Shown one piece after another: positions 1 to 10,921 of a DNA stretch of 64,000 nucleotides. The DNA is taken from the NCBI GenBank assembly GCA_963769935.1, contig CAVYNY010000022.1, forward strand, positions 416,001-480,000, written 5' to 3'. How positions within the stretch are numbered: the stretch's first letter is position 1; each line of letters begins with the position of its first letter. The notes below the pieces were generated by a model that worked only from the letters and a program-made list of their open reading frames with translations, searched no databases and was not told the origin of the DNA. The stretch comes from an uncultured delta proteobacterium (GTDB lineage Bacteria > Desulfobacterota > Desulfobacteria > Desulfobacterales > JAFDCJ01). Made by a program: the position numbers and the translations under genes.

Positions 1-1601
1 GCCGGTCCGATGGCAAAGAAATACCAGATAGGCACCACCCAAACCATGGCTTTGCGCCAGGCCTGTCCGGATGGACTGGGCGCGTCGATGTCATCCAGAA
101 AGGCGCGCACCTCGTTTTGGCGCGTGACGGTTTCCTCCCTGTCTTTGACACCGAGTCCGCGGCATGCGTAAGCGACCCCCAGCCCGGCAAAGACGCCCCA
201 GAATGCACTGTGCATGGACAGCGGGTTGGGCCAGACATAGTAGGTCAGAAAGACGGCAAGCATCCCGGCGAAAACCCCCAGGGAGGCCCCGACGCTCGGA
301 AACCGGAAGCCCCAGTGGACGCCCATCAGGTACACGTACATCACAAATCCGAAGGCGGTGGCCAGCGCCCCCAGAATAACCAGAGCCGCATGGGAGGTCA
401 ATCCGACCGCCAGGGCCGCAATGGTCACCACGGTGGCCAGCACGCGGTTCATCCAGATCTGCTCCGAGTGGCTGGCCTTCTGGTTGCGGATGTAGCGCCA
501 GTAGACGTCGCGCAGCAGGATAGAGCCGCCGGTGTTGATATAGGGGGCGGCCGTGGAGTGGATCGCTGCGATGGCTCCGAGGAAAACGATTCCCAGCACA
601 AAGGGCGGCAGGTAGTGTGTCATCAGCAGGGGGACCACATCGCTATCCTTGGTGAATTCCAATACTCCCTGAACCTGCAGGATCCTGGCACCCATGCCCT
701 GAAAAGCGGTGAAGAAAAACAGGGCGAAGCCGACGACGAAGGTGGACATAAAGGCCTGCTGCCAGGCAAGGGGTTTGGGGCTTTTGATACCGAAATTCCA
801 CATGGTAAAAGCCGGCGAAGACTGAATTCCCATCAGGGCGAACATGTAGGTCAGAATCATGACGCCGGTCCAGGCGGTTTCCCCTTTGGCGCCACCGAGA
901 CCGAAATGGATCACCCGCGGGACATCCAGATATTTTGCAGGCAGCTGAGCCATATGCTGGGAAAAGGCCGTCCAGCCGCCGATCGCATCGGAGGTAATAA
1001 CATAATATCCCAGCAGAATGATTCCACCGACCAGCAGAATAAACTGCAGCACGCCGACCCAGACGCTGGCCTTCATACCGCCGGAGCACACATAAAACCA
1101 GCAAATAAAGGCCATAAAAATCGCGCCGAACGTCACCGGTACGCCTGCAACCCAGTGAAAAAGGGCCGCCGACGCCATGAGCTGAACGGCGGAATAAAAC
1201 ATGGAATACAGAAAAGCAGTGAACACCGTCAGCCAGCGTGCAGCTTCGGAGTTGTAATAATAGGCAAACATGTCACCGGGGGTAATAAACCCATAGCGTT
1301 TGCCTAAAAGCCAGTTGCGCTTGGCAAAGAACGCGCCGGTGATCGGGATGGTGAGGACATAAAACGAGGCAAAAGCATAGGCCAATCCATCCCGCCAGAT
1401 TAAGCCCGGATGACCGATAAACGTCCAGCCTGAAAACGAGGCGGCCGTGGCGGCCATTAAAAAGGCGATAAATGGAATCGATCGGCCGGCAATGGCATAG
1501 CCCGCCGAGGTTTTCTCGGAGAAATAGCCTTTCAATCCCCAGTAAAAGCAGTAAATAATGTAGATACCCAGCATTATGTAAACCCACGTGGTTCCGCTCA
1601 T
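1..1601 (-). CDS. Sodium:solute symporter (SSS family), 3' end runs off the window
   Basis: Manual minus-strand translation from ATG at 1601, preceded by GGAGGAGGAG: MSGTTWVYIMLGIYIIYCFYWGLKGY...YAIAGRSIPFIAFLMAATAASFSGWTFIGHPGLIWRDG...RYGFITPGDMFAYYY...GGMKASVWVGVLQ...GAIAAIHSTAAP. Many TM segments and SSS motifs. Absent from the ORF track because there is no stop codon in the window. Confidence 0.88.
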   Translation of the reverse strand, partial: MSGTTWVYIMLGIYIIYCFYWGLKGYFSEKTSAGYAIAGRSIPFIAFLMAATAASFSGWTFIGHPGLIWRDGLAYAFASFYVLTIPITGAFFAKRNWLLGKRYGFITPGDMFAYYYNSEAARWLTVFTAFLYSMFYSAVQLMASAALFHWVAGVPVTFGAIFMAFICWFYVCSGGMKASVWVGVLQFILLVGGIILLGYYVITSDAIGGWTAFSQHMAQLPAKYLDVPRVIHFGLGGAKGETAWTGVMILTYMFALMGIQSSPAFTMWNFGIKSPKPLAWQQAFMSTFVVGFALFFFTAFQGMGARILQVQGVLEFTKDSDVVPLLMTHYLPPFVLGIVFLGAIAAIHSTAAPYINTGGSILLRDVYWRYIRNQKASHSEQIWMNRVLATVVTIAALAVGLTSHAALVILGALATAFGFVMYVYLMGVHWGFRFPSVGASLGVFAGMLAVFLTYYVWPNPLSMHSAFWGVFAGLGVAYACRGLGVKDREETVTRQNEVRAFLDDIDAPSPSGQAWRKAMVWVVPIWYFFAIGP

Positions 1602-1793
1602 TGCTCCTCCTCCTGTACAAGGGTCAAAACTTTTGACCGGCTAAAGTAAAGGTTCCATCTCTTAGATCAACATTCATCCGGTATGATCATCACCTCCCTT
1701 CAATAATCTGCTGTCCGACGAAAAAGTCGGTTTCAATATAGAAAAACATGTTGCAGGCCGCCGCAACGTGATCCGGCCGTCCATTGGGATGCA

Positions 1794-2100
1794 TCACTTC
1801 TCCATTGTGCGGATTTCATCGACAATCCCGGGATTTGCCGGGGTGGTGACATCCCCCACATTTTTTTGGTTGGAAATAGCGGCCAGCACCCGACGCATGA
1901 TTTTGTCGGAACGCGTCTTGGGCATATTCCATGAAACAGTTGGGAAAGTTTTCCAGACCGAAACGATCAATGATTTTCGGATCGACCATATTGGCCTGCG
2001 CAACAAATTGGGGTGAAGAATAATAGTAATCTTCTTCACCCCAGTGAATTGCAATCTCAGCTTCCGATGTTTCAATGGCCTCTTTTTCTATGTCCCTCAT
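1794..2100 (-). pseudogene. acs: Acetyl-CoA synthetase remnant: N-terminus joined out of frame to C-terminus, with a large internal deletion
   Basis: 2100-1921 encodes an Acs-like N-terminus (EAEIAIHWGEEDYYY...FVAQAN...FGLENFPNCF). In another frame, 1925-1794 encodes the Acs C-terminus MPKTRSDKIMRRVLAAISN..VGDVTTPANPGIVDEIR (canonical PKTRSGKIMRR). Confidence 0.85.
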
Positions 2101-2778
2101 GGATCGCGCTCCTTAAAGATAGTGGCTCACCTGTTGATTTGGATTGCTTCCGTCTTTTACCTGCTGATTGGTTGTCTTTATCCCCCTTTTTGCATGAAAC
2201 TTGTCGCAGTGATAATTTGGATATTAGGATTTTGCGTCTTCGGCCGGATCATCGATCTCCGTGAAGAACATCCGGACAAGAAACTGATGAGAGGTCTCTA
2301 TCAACAAAAACCTTACTGGCGGCAACCATGATTTGCTGCCGTCTTCTTTCACAATCAGGTTCTCTTCCGACATTGAATTATCGTTTATTTAATGAATCAT
2401 ATTCACGCCCTCTAGATTTATATAATTTTTTGTCTTTATTTTGTCAAGCAAAAAAAAATATTTTTCCCCCAATTTTCCGATTTGGACCCGGATATTTAAA
2501 AACTTCGTCTGTGCAAATATTAATTTTATAAAAAAGATCTTGAAATTATTGAGACCTTTCATCTATATAGGTGTTGTAAAAAATGGCGGTGGCCGCACAC
2601 CCATAAGCCGTCATTTTTAGCAGGCAACGTCGGCCGGCGCTTTTGTGGTTGATTAATTGAATATGTCTTATAAAAGGCTTGGTTTCTTTTTTAATTCGTC
2701 AGGCGGATCGACTTTGGAATTTCAAGTCTCCGGTCTCTCCGGATCAGGCAGGACATGCGATAATGGGAAAAGGACCTC

Positions 2779-3183
2779 ATGCCCAAAAAGATTAGACCAG
2801 CTGCGGTTAAATACGGCATCATATTTTTAATTTGCGGGTGGTTGTGTCATTATGCCTTTTATTTCACGAACTTTGCCGAGGAAATGCCCTCAAAAATAAC
2901 CTTACTCCAGCTGGGCGTCGGTATCGGCATCTGCTATTTCGTCGCCACACTAAAGCGATGGGCTCGTATGATGTGCCTTTTTTTTAATATAGGCATCATC
3001 GCACTGTATGTACTTTACTGCCTGGCATTTTACCAAAGCAGCAAATATAACCCTATGATACTGACCGGTTTGACCGCAATTCTCTTTTCAATCTCCACTT
3101 ATTATCTCTTGAAAAAAGAAACTGCACAGTTTTTTGCCGCTGCTGATCCGGGCGTCGGCCGGCAAGAAACCCCAGACAAATAA
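2779..3183 (+). CDS. Hypothetical membrane protein (about 4 TM)
   Basis: 134 aa ORF with AAAGGA RBS and four hydrophobic segments. Confidence 0.7.
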   Translation: MPKKIRPAAVKYGIIFLICGWLCHYAFYFTNFAEEMPSKITLLQLGVGIGICYFVATLKRWARMMCLFFNIGIIALYVLYCLAFYQSSKYNPMILTGLTAILFSISTYYLLKKETAQFFAAADPGVGRQETPDK

Positions 3184-3235
3184 AAGGCTTCTAAAACCGG
3201 TCATCCATCATAGTTATGGCAAGAAGGGAAAACCT

Positions 3236-3463
3236 ATGCGTCTGCCGCCCAAAGATGTGGTCTGCAAATGCGGTCATGTCTCTGCTCTGGAAACCAAGAA
3301 GCTTCTGTGCATCAAATGCGGGAAGTATGTATTTTATGATTCGCAAGAAAAACGGAGGCACCACGCAAAAACGATCTATGCGATCGTCATGCTTGCGCTG
3401 GGATTGGGTTTTATTACCTACCTTTTCATCGAAATGATCGTCTCGCCGCTGCTCGGGAAATAA
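3236..3463 (+). CDS. Small Cys-rich (CxC...CxxC) protein with C-terminal TM helix
   Basis: ATG at 3236 after AAGGGA: MRLPPKDVVCKCGH...LCIKCGKY...IYAIVMLALGLGFITYLFIEMIV. Confidence 0.7.
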   Translation: MRLPPKDVVCKCGHVSALETKKLLCIKCGKYVFYDSQEKRRHHAKTIYAIVMLALGLGFITYLFIEMIVSPLLGK

Positions 3464-3685
3464 CCAAAAGCCGACGCCTTTCGCCTTCAAACTGGGCACC
3501 GCAAAAAGAGGGGATTAGTAAGTCATATTCAGCGCCGCCCAGCCCACTGTTTTCAGTCTATCTCCGCCACAATGGCAGACAGAGCTGACATTTTTGTCGG
3601 CCCTGAATAGTCCGTAAGCCGCCAGACAACATCGCGCTGCGCCATCTCTTCTTTTATAGCATAGCAGTTCGGGGGGCGCGTGAAA

Positions 3686-4348
3686 TTATGTCTGGGCGGT
3701 CAATACCATCGAGACCCGGCGGTTGGCGGCATCGTCGGATGAAACCGGACAACACTCGCCCATACCGATTGCCGTCATCCTTGCTTGATCGACCCCCTTC
3801 TGAACCAGGGCGTTGCGGACGGCATTGGCACGACGTTCAGAAAGTTGCTGGTTGTATTGTTCGCTGCCTTTTTGATCCGTGTAGCCTTCGATGCGAATGT
3901 TCGTCTGTGGGTATTGATTGAGAACGTTGGCAACTCTATCCAGTTCCGAATTCGCCCCGGGCTTGAGGGTGGCCGAATTGAAATCAAAGAATACATCGCT
4001 TTTGAAGGTAGCCGTCAGCATCTTTTCATTGTTGCGCTCGATGGTGGCGTTGTTCTGGGCCACCGTGGACGCCATCGCGTCCCTTAGAGCCGCCTCCTGC
4101 TTGTCCATGTATGCACCGATGCGGTTGCCGACCAAACCGCCGAGGAGTGCTCCTGCCGCCGCCCCAATTACAACCTTTTGTGTTTGATTGTGCTTACCGG
4201 TTGCGGCTCCGACCACGCCACCCAAGACCGCACCGGTCGCAGTCCCCGCTGCGGTTCCGGTGCGCTCCTTTTCACCCATTGATGCACACCCGAAGGCAAC
4301 CAAGATACTCAACAAAACCGAAGTTCTCAAAAGTTTTTTCATTTTCAT
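3686..4348 (-). CDS. OmpA-family lipoprotein (YiaD-like, glycine zipper + OmpA C-terminal domain)
   Basis: Lipobox VAFGC, glycine zipper GAVLGGVVGAA, and FFDFNSATLK...IEGYTD...YNQQLSERRANAV...NRRV. Confidence 0.92.
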   Translation of the reverse strand: MKMKKLLRTSVLLSILVAFGCASMGEKERTGTAAGTATGAVLGGVVGAATGKHNQTQKVVIGAAAGALLGGLVGNRIGAYMDKQEAALRDAMASTVAQNNATIERNNEKMLTATFKSDVFFDFNSATLKPGANSELDRVANVLNQYPQTNIRIEGYTDQKGSEQYNQQLSERRANAVRNALVQKGVDQARMTAIGMGECCPVSSDDAANRRVSMVLTAQT

Positions 4349-4604
4349 GTTTCCAACCTCCTGTTTAATACAAAGATAGGAAATTATTTTTTAACTTTTT
4401 AGTATGGCAGCGCCGGGATTGTGTGTCAAGCTCAAAAGCGGCCCCGTATGTTGGGCTGAAATAGCGGAATTTGGCAACAAAGAAGGGTGAAGATTCAAAT
4501 GGGCCTAGAGTGCGATAACCTAAATCGATGCTATGTAATCTTCAAAGACCCGGAAGCATCAAAAAAGGTCCACTTTGAGGCTCATATTTCAGCCCAACGG
4601 CAGA

Positions 4605-4632
4605 TTGACAAAGCTACCGATATCACTATCTT
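4605..4632 (+). promoter_or_regulatory. Possible sigma70 promoter for the RND operon
   Basis: TTGACA-16 bp-TATCTT. Confidence 0.35.
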
Positions 4633-4660
4633 ATAGGGCAGTTTAACCTTGAAGAAATGA

Positions 4661-4738
4661 ATTCCAGGGGTTCTCTGGCGGCAAACACACCCCTCTATGG
4701 TAAAGTCAAAGCCTGGTCCCCGGGGCCGGGATTCTTTA
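4661..4738. repeat. Dispersed repeat family A, copy 1 (no nested insert)
   Basis: attccaggggttctctggcggcaaacacacccctct...aagtcaaagcctgg...attcttta aligns with 11617-11728 and 30265-30377. Confidence 0.8.
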
Positions 4739-4797
4739 GTTGAGGGGCGCCATTATTTGCCTGCATTCATGGTACGTTGCAGCAATCTGGTGGGGAT

Positions 4798-5928
4798 ATG
4801 ACCAAGCGAATAATCTTTGCCGTTCTCGGCGTGCTTGTTATGATCGGCATCCTGGGCAGCATCAAAGGCCTGCAGATCAACCGGATGATCGCAGTCGGAA
4901 GCCAGTCGGTACCGCCTCCTGAGACGGTGACCACCGCCGTGGTGCGAACAGAAGCCTGGGAGTCGCTGATTACATCCGTGGGGTCCCTCGAAGCAGTCCA
5001 AGGAGTGATGCTGACGGCCGAGCTGACCGGCAAGGTCGTACGCATCGCCTTTGACCCGGGTACGAAGGTGAAGGCCGGTGATCTCCTGCTGCAGCAGGAT
5101 GTCTCTTCGGAGGAGGCCCAGCTGCGTGCAGCGGAGGCTACGCTTGCGCTCGCAAAGCTGGAACTCGAACGCTCAAGCAAACTGCTGGCCACTAAAGCCG
5201 TCGCAAAGGCCAAATACGATTCCGACAATGCTCAGTACAAGCAGGCCGCGGCCCAGATCGACGGCATCCGGGCAACTATCATGAAAAAAACCATTCGAGC
5301 ACCCTTTGCCGGCAGACTTGGTATTCGGCTGGTCAATCTGGGTCAAATTCTCAATGAAGGGGAGCCGATCGTTTCGCTCCAGAAGATCGATCCTATTTTC
5401 GTCAATTTCTTTATTCCGCAGCAGCAGCTTGCCCAGGTCAAACCGGGTCTCAAAGTTCGGGTGACAACCGATGCGTTGCCCGGCCAGGCGATCGAGGGCG
5501 AAATCACGGCGATCAACCCTGAAGTCGATGTTGCAACACGAAATATCCGGGTTCAGGCAACGTTTGCAAACAATCAGGAGCGCCTGCGTCCCGGCATGTT
5601 CGTGAACGTAGCCGTGGTGTTACCCTCCCGGGAGGAGGTGCTCGTCATCCCGACCACGTCCGTGCTTTATGCACCTTACGGCGATACGGTATTTGTCGTT
5701 CATGAAAAGGAAAGTAAAAAGGGCATTCAGTCTGAAAAAGTCGTGCGACAGAAGATCGTGCAACTCGGGGAGAAACGGGGCGATTTCGTCGCCATCGTCT
5801 CCGGGCTGGACCCAGGTGAGACGGTCGTGTCCACCGGGGTTTTTAAATTGCGCAACGACCAGGCCATCGTCGTTGACAACACCCTGGCGCCTGTATTCAA
5901 GCTTGCGCCCAATCCGGAGGACAGCTGA
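4798..5928 (+). CDS. RND efflux periplasmic adaptor (membrane fusion protein)
   Basis: N-terminal TM, GSLEAVQGV, IRAPFAGRLGIRLVNLGQ, LRPGMFVNV. ATG at 4798 chosen over the upstream alternative start. Confidence 0.93.
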   Translation: MTKRIIFAVLGVLVMIGILGSIKGLQINRMIAVGSQSVPPPETVTTAVVRTEAWESLITSVGSLEAVQGVMLTAELTGKVVRIAFDPGTKVKAGDLLLQQDVSSEEAQLRAAEATLALAKLELERSSKLLATKAVAKAKYDSDNAQYKQAAAQIDGIRATIMKKTIRAPFAGRLGIRLVNLGQILNEGEPIVSLQKIDPIFVNFFIPQQQLAQVKPGLKVRVTTDALPGQAIEGEITAINPEVDVATRNIRVQATFANNQERLRPGMFVNVAVVLPSREEVLVIPTTSVLYAPYGDTVFVVHEKESKKGIQSEKVVRQKIVQLGEKRGDFVAIVSGLDPGETVVSTGVFKLRNDQAIVVDNTLAPVFKLAPNPEDS

Positions 5929-5998
5929 CTTGAGTGCCACAGATCCTGCGGAAGATACGGCATCATTGCTCTAAAGTTCGTCCGGGCGCTTTCGCACC

Positions 5999-8900
5999 AT
6001 GAAATTCACCGATCTCTTTATCCGCCGTCCCGTCATCGCCCTGGTAATTAGCTTCTTGATTATCATTGCCGGGCTGCAGGCGGTGCGCACGCTGAATGTC
6101 CGCCAGTATCCCCGCAGCGAGAACGCGGTGGTCACCGTCACGACCATTTATGTCGGCGCAAACGCTGAGCTCATCCGCGGATTCATTACCACACCCTTAG
6201 AGCGTGCCATTGCGGCCGCCGACGGCATCGATTATATCCAGTCGCAGAGTTCCCAGGGAGTATCGACCATCAGTGCCCGCCTGAAGCTTAATTACGACCC
6301 GATCAAGGCGTTGTCGGAAATCAGTTCCAAAGTAGACCAGATCCGTGGTGATCTACCCCCGGATGCCGAAGTGCCGACTATCAACGTCGAATCGGCGGAC
6401 AGCCAGTTCGCCTCCGCTTATCTTAGTTTCACCTCCGACGTTCTCCTGCAGAACCAGATTACGGATTATCTTGTCCGAAGTGTTCAGCCGCGCCTGTCGG
6501 CGATTGAAGGCGTTCAGCGGGCCGACATTTTAGGCGGCCGCACGTTTGCGATGCGCATCTGGCTCAAACCCGATCGCATGGCCGCATTCAACATCAGTCC
6601 GGCGCAGGTTCGCCGGGCGTTGGCGGCCAATAATTTCCTGGCCGCCGTCGGTCGGACAAAAGGTTCGCTCGTCCAGATCAATCTGACGGCCAATACCGAT
6701 CTGAGTTCCGTTCAGGAGTTCAAACGTCTCGTCATTCGCGAGCAGAATGGTGCCGTCGTGCGGCTGGAAGACATCGCCGACGTGGTGCTGGGTGCCGAGG
6801 ACTATGATACGGAGGTACGCTTCTCAGGCCAGACCGCCGTATTCATGGGCATTTGGCCCCTGCCCAACGCCAACTCCATTGACGTGATCAACCGCGTGCG
6901 GGTCGAAATGGAATCCATTCAGAAACAGCTGCCCAGCGGCATCCAGGGCCGTATCGCTTACGACGCTACCGACTACATTACCAATGCCATCCACGAGGTC
7001 ATCAAAACCCTTGGCGAAACGCTGCTGATTGTCGTGGTTATCATTTTTCTTTTTTTAGGCTCTCTGCGATCGGCGTTCATCCCGGTGGTGGCCATCCCCC
7101 TTTCTCTCATTGGGGCCGTCTTTCTGATGCAGGTTTTCGGCTTCACCATCAACCTGCTGACCCTGTTGGCCATCGTGCTCTCCGTCGGTTTGGTGGTCGA
7201 CGATGCCATCGTGGTGGTTGAAAATGTCCAACGGCACCTGAGCGACGGGCAGTCGCCGCTTGATGCGGCCTTGCTGGGGGCCCGCGAGCTGGTCGGTCCC
7301 ATAATTGCCATGACGATCACTCTGGCGGCCGTCTACGCCCCCATTGGTTTACAGGGTGGCCTCACCGGGTCCCTATTTCGCGAGTTTGCCTTTACTCTGG
7401 CCGGTGCGGTCATGATTTCCGGGGTCGTTGCCCTGACCCTGTCACCCATGATGTCGTCCAAGCTGCTGAAACCGGGGATCGAGGACCACGGTTTTGCCGG
7501 CAAGATAGCGCGTGATTTCAAGCGCTTCAGAGCTTTCTACGGCCGCCTGCTTGACATCACCCTCAAGAGCCGGCCGGCTGTTTACCTGGTGTGGATCACG
7601 GTGAGTCTGCTCACCATCCCGATGTTCATCATGTCGCCCAAGGAACTGGCGCCGACTGAAGATGAGGGCGTCATTTTCGGCATTATGGAGGCGTCGGCCA
7701 ATTCTACCATCGACCAGACCAGCCGCTATGCCGCGGCAGTCAACCAAGCGTATCTCAATGTGCCGGAGACCCGGTTTACTTTCCAGCTGACGCTTCCGAC
7801 ATCCGGCTTTTCCGGTATGGTCGTCAAGCCCTGGGAAACACGCAAGCGTACCATTTTCCAGATTCTACCCGAGGTGCAGCAGAGGCTGCATCACATTCCG
7901 GGCATCCGGATAAACCCGGTGCTGCCACCGGCGCTGCCGGGAGGGGGCCAGTTCCCGGTGGAGTTCATTCTCGCTTCGACGGCGGAGGAAGACCAGATTT
8001 TGCAGTTTGCCAAGCAGATTCAATACAAAGCGCAGCAGAGCGGTTTGTTTGCCTTTCCCCCGATCATCGATGTTAAAATCGACCAGCCCCAGGCAGAGAT
8101 CGTCATCGATCGCGACAGAGTGGCCGACCTGGGCCTCGACCTTCAGCGGGTCGGAGCCGACATCGGGTCGATGGTCGGCGGCAATTACGTCAACCGCTTC
8201 AATATCGCCGGCCGCAGTTACAAGGTTATACCGCAGATCAAGCGCATCGACCGTCTCAATCCGGCGCAGCTCGAAAATATCTACATCACCGGGCCGCACG
8301 ACCAACTCGTCCCGCTCAGCACGATCGCCACGATCCGAAACTCCACCGTACCGCGTTCGTTAAACCGCTTCCAGCAGCTTAATGCGGTCAAAATCAGCGG
8401 CGTGGCCCTCAGGCCGCTTGATGAAGCCCTGCGCTTTCTGGAAGGATGAGGCCGCCAAGATTCTGCCCGAGGGCTATGTCCTCGATTACACCGGTGAGTC
8501 GCGCCAACTCCGGGTCGAGGGCAACCAGTTCATTTCGACCTTCGCGCTGGCCATTATCTTAATCTTTCTGGTCCTTGCGGTTCAGTTCAACAGCTTCCGC
8601 GATCCCTTCGTCATCCTGGGCGGTTCAGTGCCGCTGGCAATGTTCGGTGCACTGGCCTTCACCTTTCTGAAAATGCCAAACCCGAATGTTGCCTTCTGGA
8701 CCCAGGGGTGGACCACCACGTTAAATATTTACTCCCAGGTAGGTCTGGTAACCCTTGTCGGCCTGGTGTCGAAAAACGGCATCCTGATAGTTGAATTTGC
8801 CAACAAACTTCAGGCCCAGGGGCGGTCCAAACGCGAAGCCGTGCATGAAGCCTCCCTGACCCGCCTGCGCCCGATTATCATGACGACTGCAGCCACCATC

Positions 8901-9149
8901 GCCGGTCACTTCCCTTTGACGCTGGTTTCCGGCGCCGGCGCTGCTGCCCGCAACTCGATCGGTCTGGTGCTGGTGGGCGGCATGGCCGTTGGAACCTTTT
9001 TCACCCTTTTTGTCATCCCCTCGATTTACATGCTCGTCGCCCGCGACCATGCCAAAGACCTCGCCCGCGAAAAAGCGTCCTCGACGGTCGCCGACGGCGC
9101 CGGCAACCGGGTTGTGAAACCGCAACGCATCGTCCCAGATTCCAATTGA
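5999..9149 (+). pseudogene. RND efflux permease (AcrB/MexW-like) split by a +1 frameshift at 8444-8445; real pseudogene or sequencing error
   Basis: ORFs 5999-8449 and 8382-9149 join into a 1049-aa protein if one G is removed from GAA GGA TGA G, giving GAA GAT GAG. Motifs GLVVDDAIVVVEN, GLVSKNGILIVEFA and RLRPIIMTT are intact. Confidence 0.85.
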
Positions 9150-9296
9150 TGCTTTGACGAGAGCCTATCGACTCGATCTTAAGCCTGGCAATTAAGTTTT
9201 AGCGCGAAAAGTTAACGGTCCGGAACATGATTTTATATTGATGCTGGTTGCCTGCTTGAACTTTAGGGGGAGGGTGTGATGGGTATCTATTTGAAA

Positions 9297-10778
9297 TTAC
9301 AAGACGTTGAGTTTTTTACCACCTTCCGCGTCTTCAGATCTTTTAGGACCGGGTACTTTTTTTGCATAGCCGTTTCGGACCGGTATCAATCGAAAGACCG
9401 CATTTGTGATCTGTTCCACCTTAATCGCTGTCCGGTCCCCCAGGGCGTGCTGAAACTTCGCCAGCTTAGCCTTAAACTCAGGCAGCGGTATTCCTGGATA
9501 GCGATGCCGCTGGAACTCGGGTCGATTGTGTGACCCGGGTAACCACGAGTTGAAGCGTTTTACCAGGTGCAGTCCTTTCCTTTCCATCCATCCTGCAATT
9601 CGGCTCCTGCGGTGCCCGTTGCCCTGGCCTGGTTGCTTGGCAATCCGCTCGAGGATATCCACTATCCGTTCGCTGGCAAACGGTCCGTTGCGAGCCGCCA
9701 GGTGCCGCTCAACGAGCGTGCGACGGTTGTCGCCGCCAGCCGCACCAATTTTGCCGGCTAAAATACGCGACAACGTATCGCAAAGTTCTTTAAAATCGAA
9801 GCACTGATGGCTGACCCGATTGGGCAGCTGATAGAAGCCCTCATCATAACACTCGTTGACCGTAGTCCGGTATGATATTGCGGGCACTCCCAGAACATAG
9901 GCTTCGACGCCGGTTGTGCAGCCGTTGTGTATCACGGCACGGGTTGCCATCAACCAGGGAACGACATTGCCTTCATTGGTCACTCGGACCCGTTCGCAAC
10001 GTTCGGCGATTTGTCGATAGATTTCTTGGTTTTCGGTCGGGTGGGGCCTGACGACTACCGTTACGCCGGGAAATGCTTTTTCCAGTTTGGGGATGAGCCG
10101 TTTAAAATCCTCCAGCACGGCTTGCTTGTGATCTCGCAATCCTTCTGCATAGGACCTGCTCATTCCCTTTGCGGCACGACCAAAATCGGGTTTATGGCCG
10201 GCTTTTTTCACCGGTTTGAACAGATTCATGTCCGGTCCGAAGGCGTTGATGTGATTGAAGTTGGTATTGATGAGGACAAAATCCCCATAGCATTTGCGTA
10301 GTTCGTCGACCTCCTGCTGGTAAAAGTTCATGATTTCGGGGCGCAGTAGATCTCCGCGGGGATTGCCGGTTATGTGAATGGGAGTGCTTTTGGACAAAGC
10401 CGGGTATCGTCGCCAGAGTTCCGCATTGTCCTCACCCCAAGCGAAGAGATGGGAGACATGTTGGATGGCTTTAGGATGCAACCGACGGGAATAGTAGGTC
10501 TCAGGCGGCAGGTGAACCAAAGCTTCTTCATCCCAAGCGACGATTTTATGCCCGAGCCGGCTGGCGACTTCGAAGAATAGAAGGCTGCGCACCGTCATGC
10601 TCTTGGACAAATAAACGGAGTTTGGATACGAATCTATTGACAGTTCCATCTCCCGTCGAGACCCGATTACCGAGGTAAACCCCCGGCGAGCGGCAAAACA
10701 GGCCAGCAGCAGTTTGGGATCAAGCTCCCTTACCTGATTTTCGACGGGAATCAGCAGTGAATTGATGGTATCATTCAT
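9297..10778 (-). CDS. Surface carbohydrate biosynthesis protein (TIGR04396-like glycosyltransferase fold)
   Basis: LLIPVENQVRELDPKLLLA, WDEEALV, ITGNPRGDLLRPE, VVRPHPTEN, IHNGCTTGVEA. Confidence 0.75.
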   Translation of the reverse strand: MNDTINSLLIPVENQVRELDPKLLLACFAARRGFTSVIGSRREMELSIDSYPNSVYLSKSMTVRSLLFFEVASRLGHKIVAWDEEALVHLPPETYYSRRLHPKAIQHVSHLFAWGEDNAELWRRYPALSKSTPIHITGNPRGDLLRPEIMNFYQQEVDELRKCYGDFVLINTNFNHINAFGPDMNLFKPVKKAGHKPDFGRAAKGMSRSYAEGLRDHKQAVLEDFKRLIPKLEKAFPGVTVVVRPHPTENQEIYRQIAERCERVRVTNEGNVVPWLMATRAVIHNGCTTGVEAYVLGVPAISYRTTVNECYDEGFYQLPNRVSHQCFDFKELCDTLSRILAGKIGAAGGDNRRTLVERHLAARNGPFASERIVDILERIAKQPGQGNGHRRSRIAGWMERKGLHLVKRFNSWLPGSHNRPEFQRHRYPGIPLPEFKAKLAKFQHALGDRTAIKVEQITNAVFRLIPVRNGYAKKVPGPKRSEDAEGGKKLNVL

Positions 10779-10921
10779 AGTTTTGACAGCTGAACAAATG
10801 ACTATAATAACATGTATCGGATTCAGCTGCAACCCATTAAAAAATCGGACGAAAACGATCAGGCGTCAAATATCCAAAAAAGGTTGGATTGTCAAAGGTT
10901 AAATTTGTCCGGAAATCCAAA

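Noticed and set aside
117..1307. 396-aa plus-strand ORF
   Set aside because: Antisense shadow of the minus-strand symporter; the translation has no protein-like features.
1624..1701. Strong SD-like AAGGGAGGTGAT on the minus strand with a possible 17-aa ORF
   Set aside because: The spacing to either nearby ATG is poor; a micro-ORF cannot be supported.
2013..2531. Short plus-strand ORFs, one of them hydrophobic (2044-2331)
   Set aside because: They overlap the acs remnant and its upstream region, with no RBS and no recognisable motif.
8447..8449. TGA in the RND gene as selenocysteine or readthrough
   Set aside because: The downstream coding sequence is in a different frame, so readthrough would not restore the protein.
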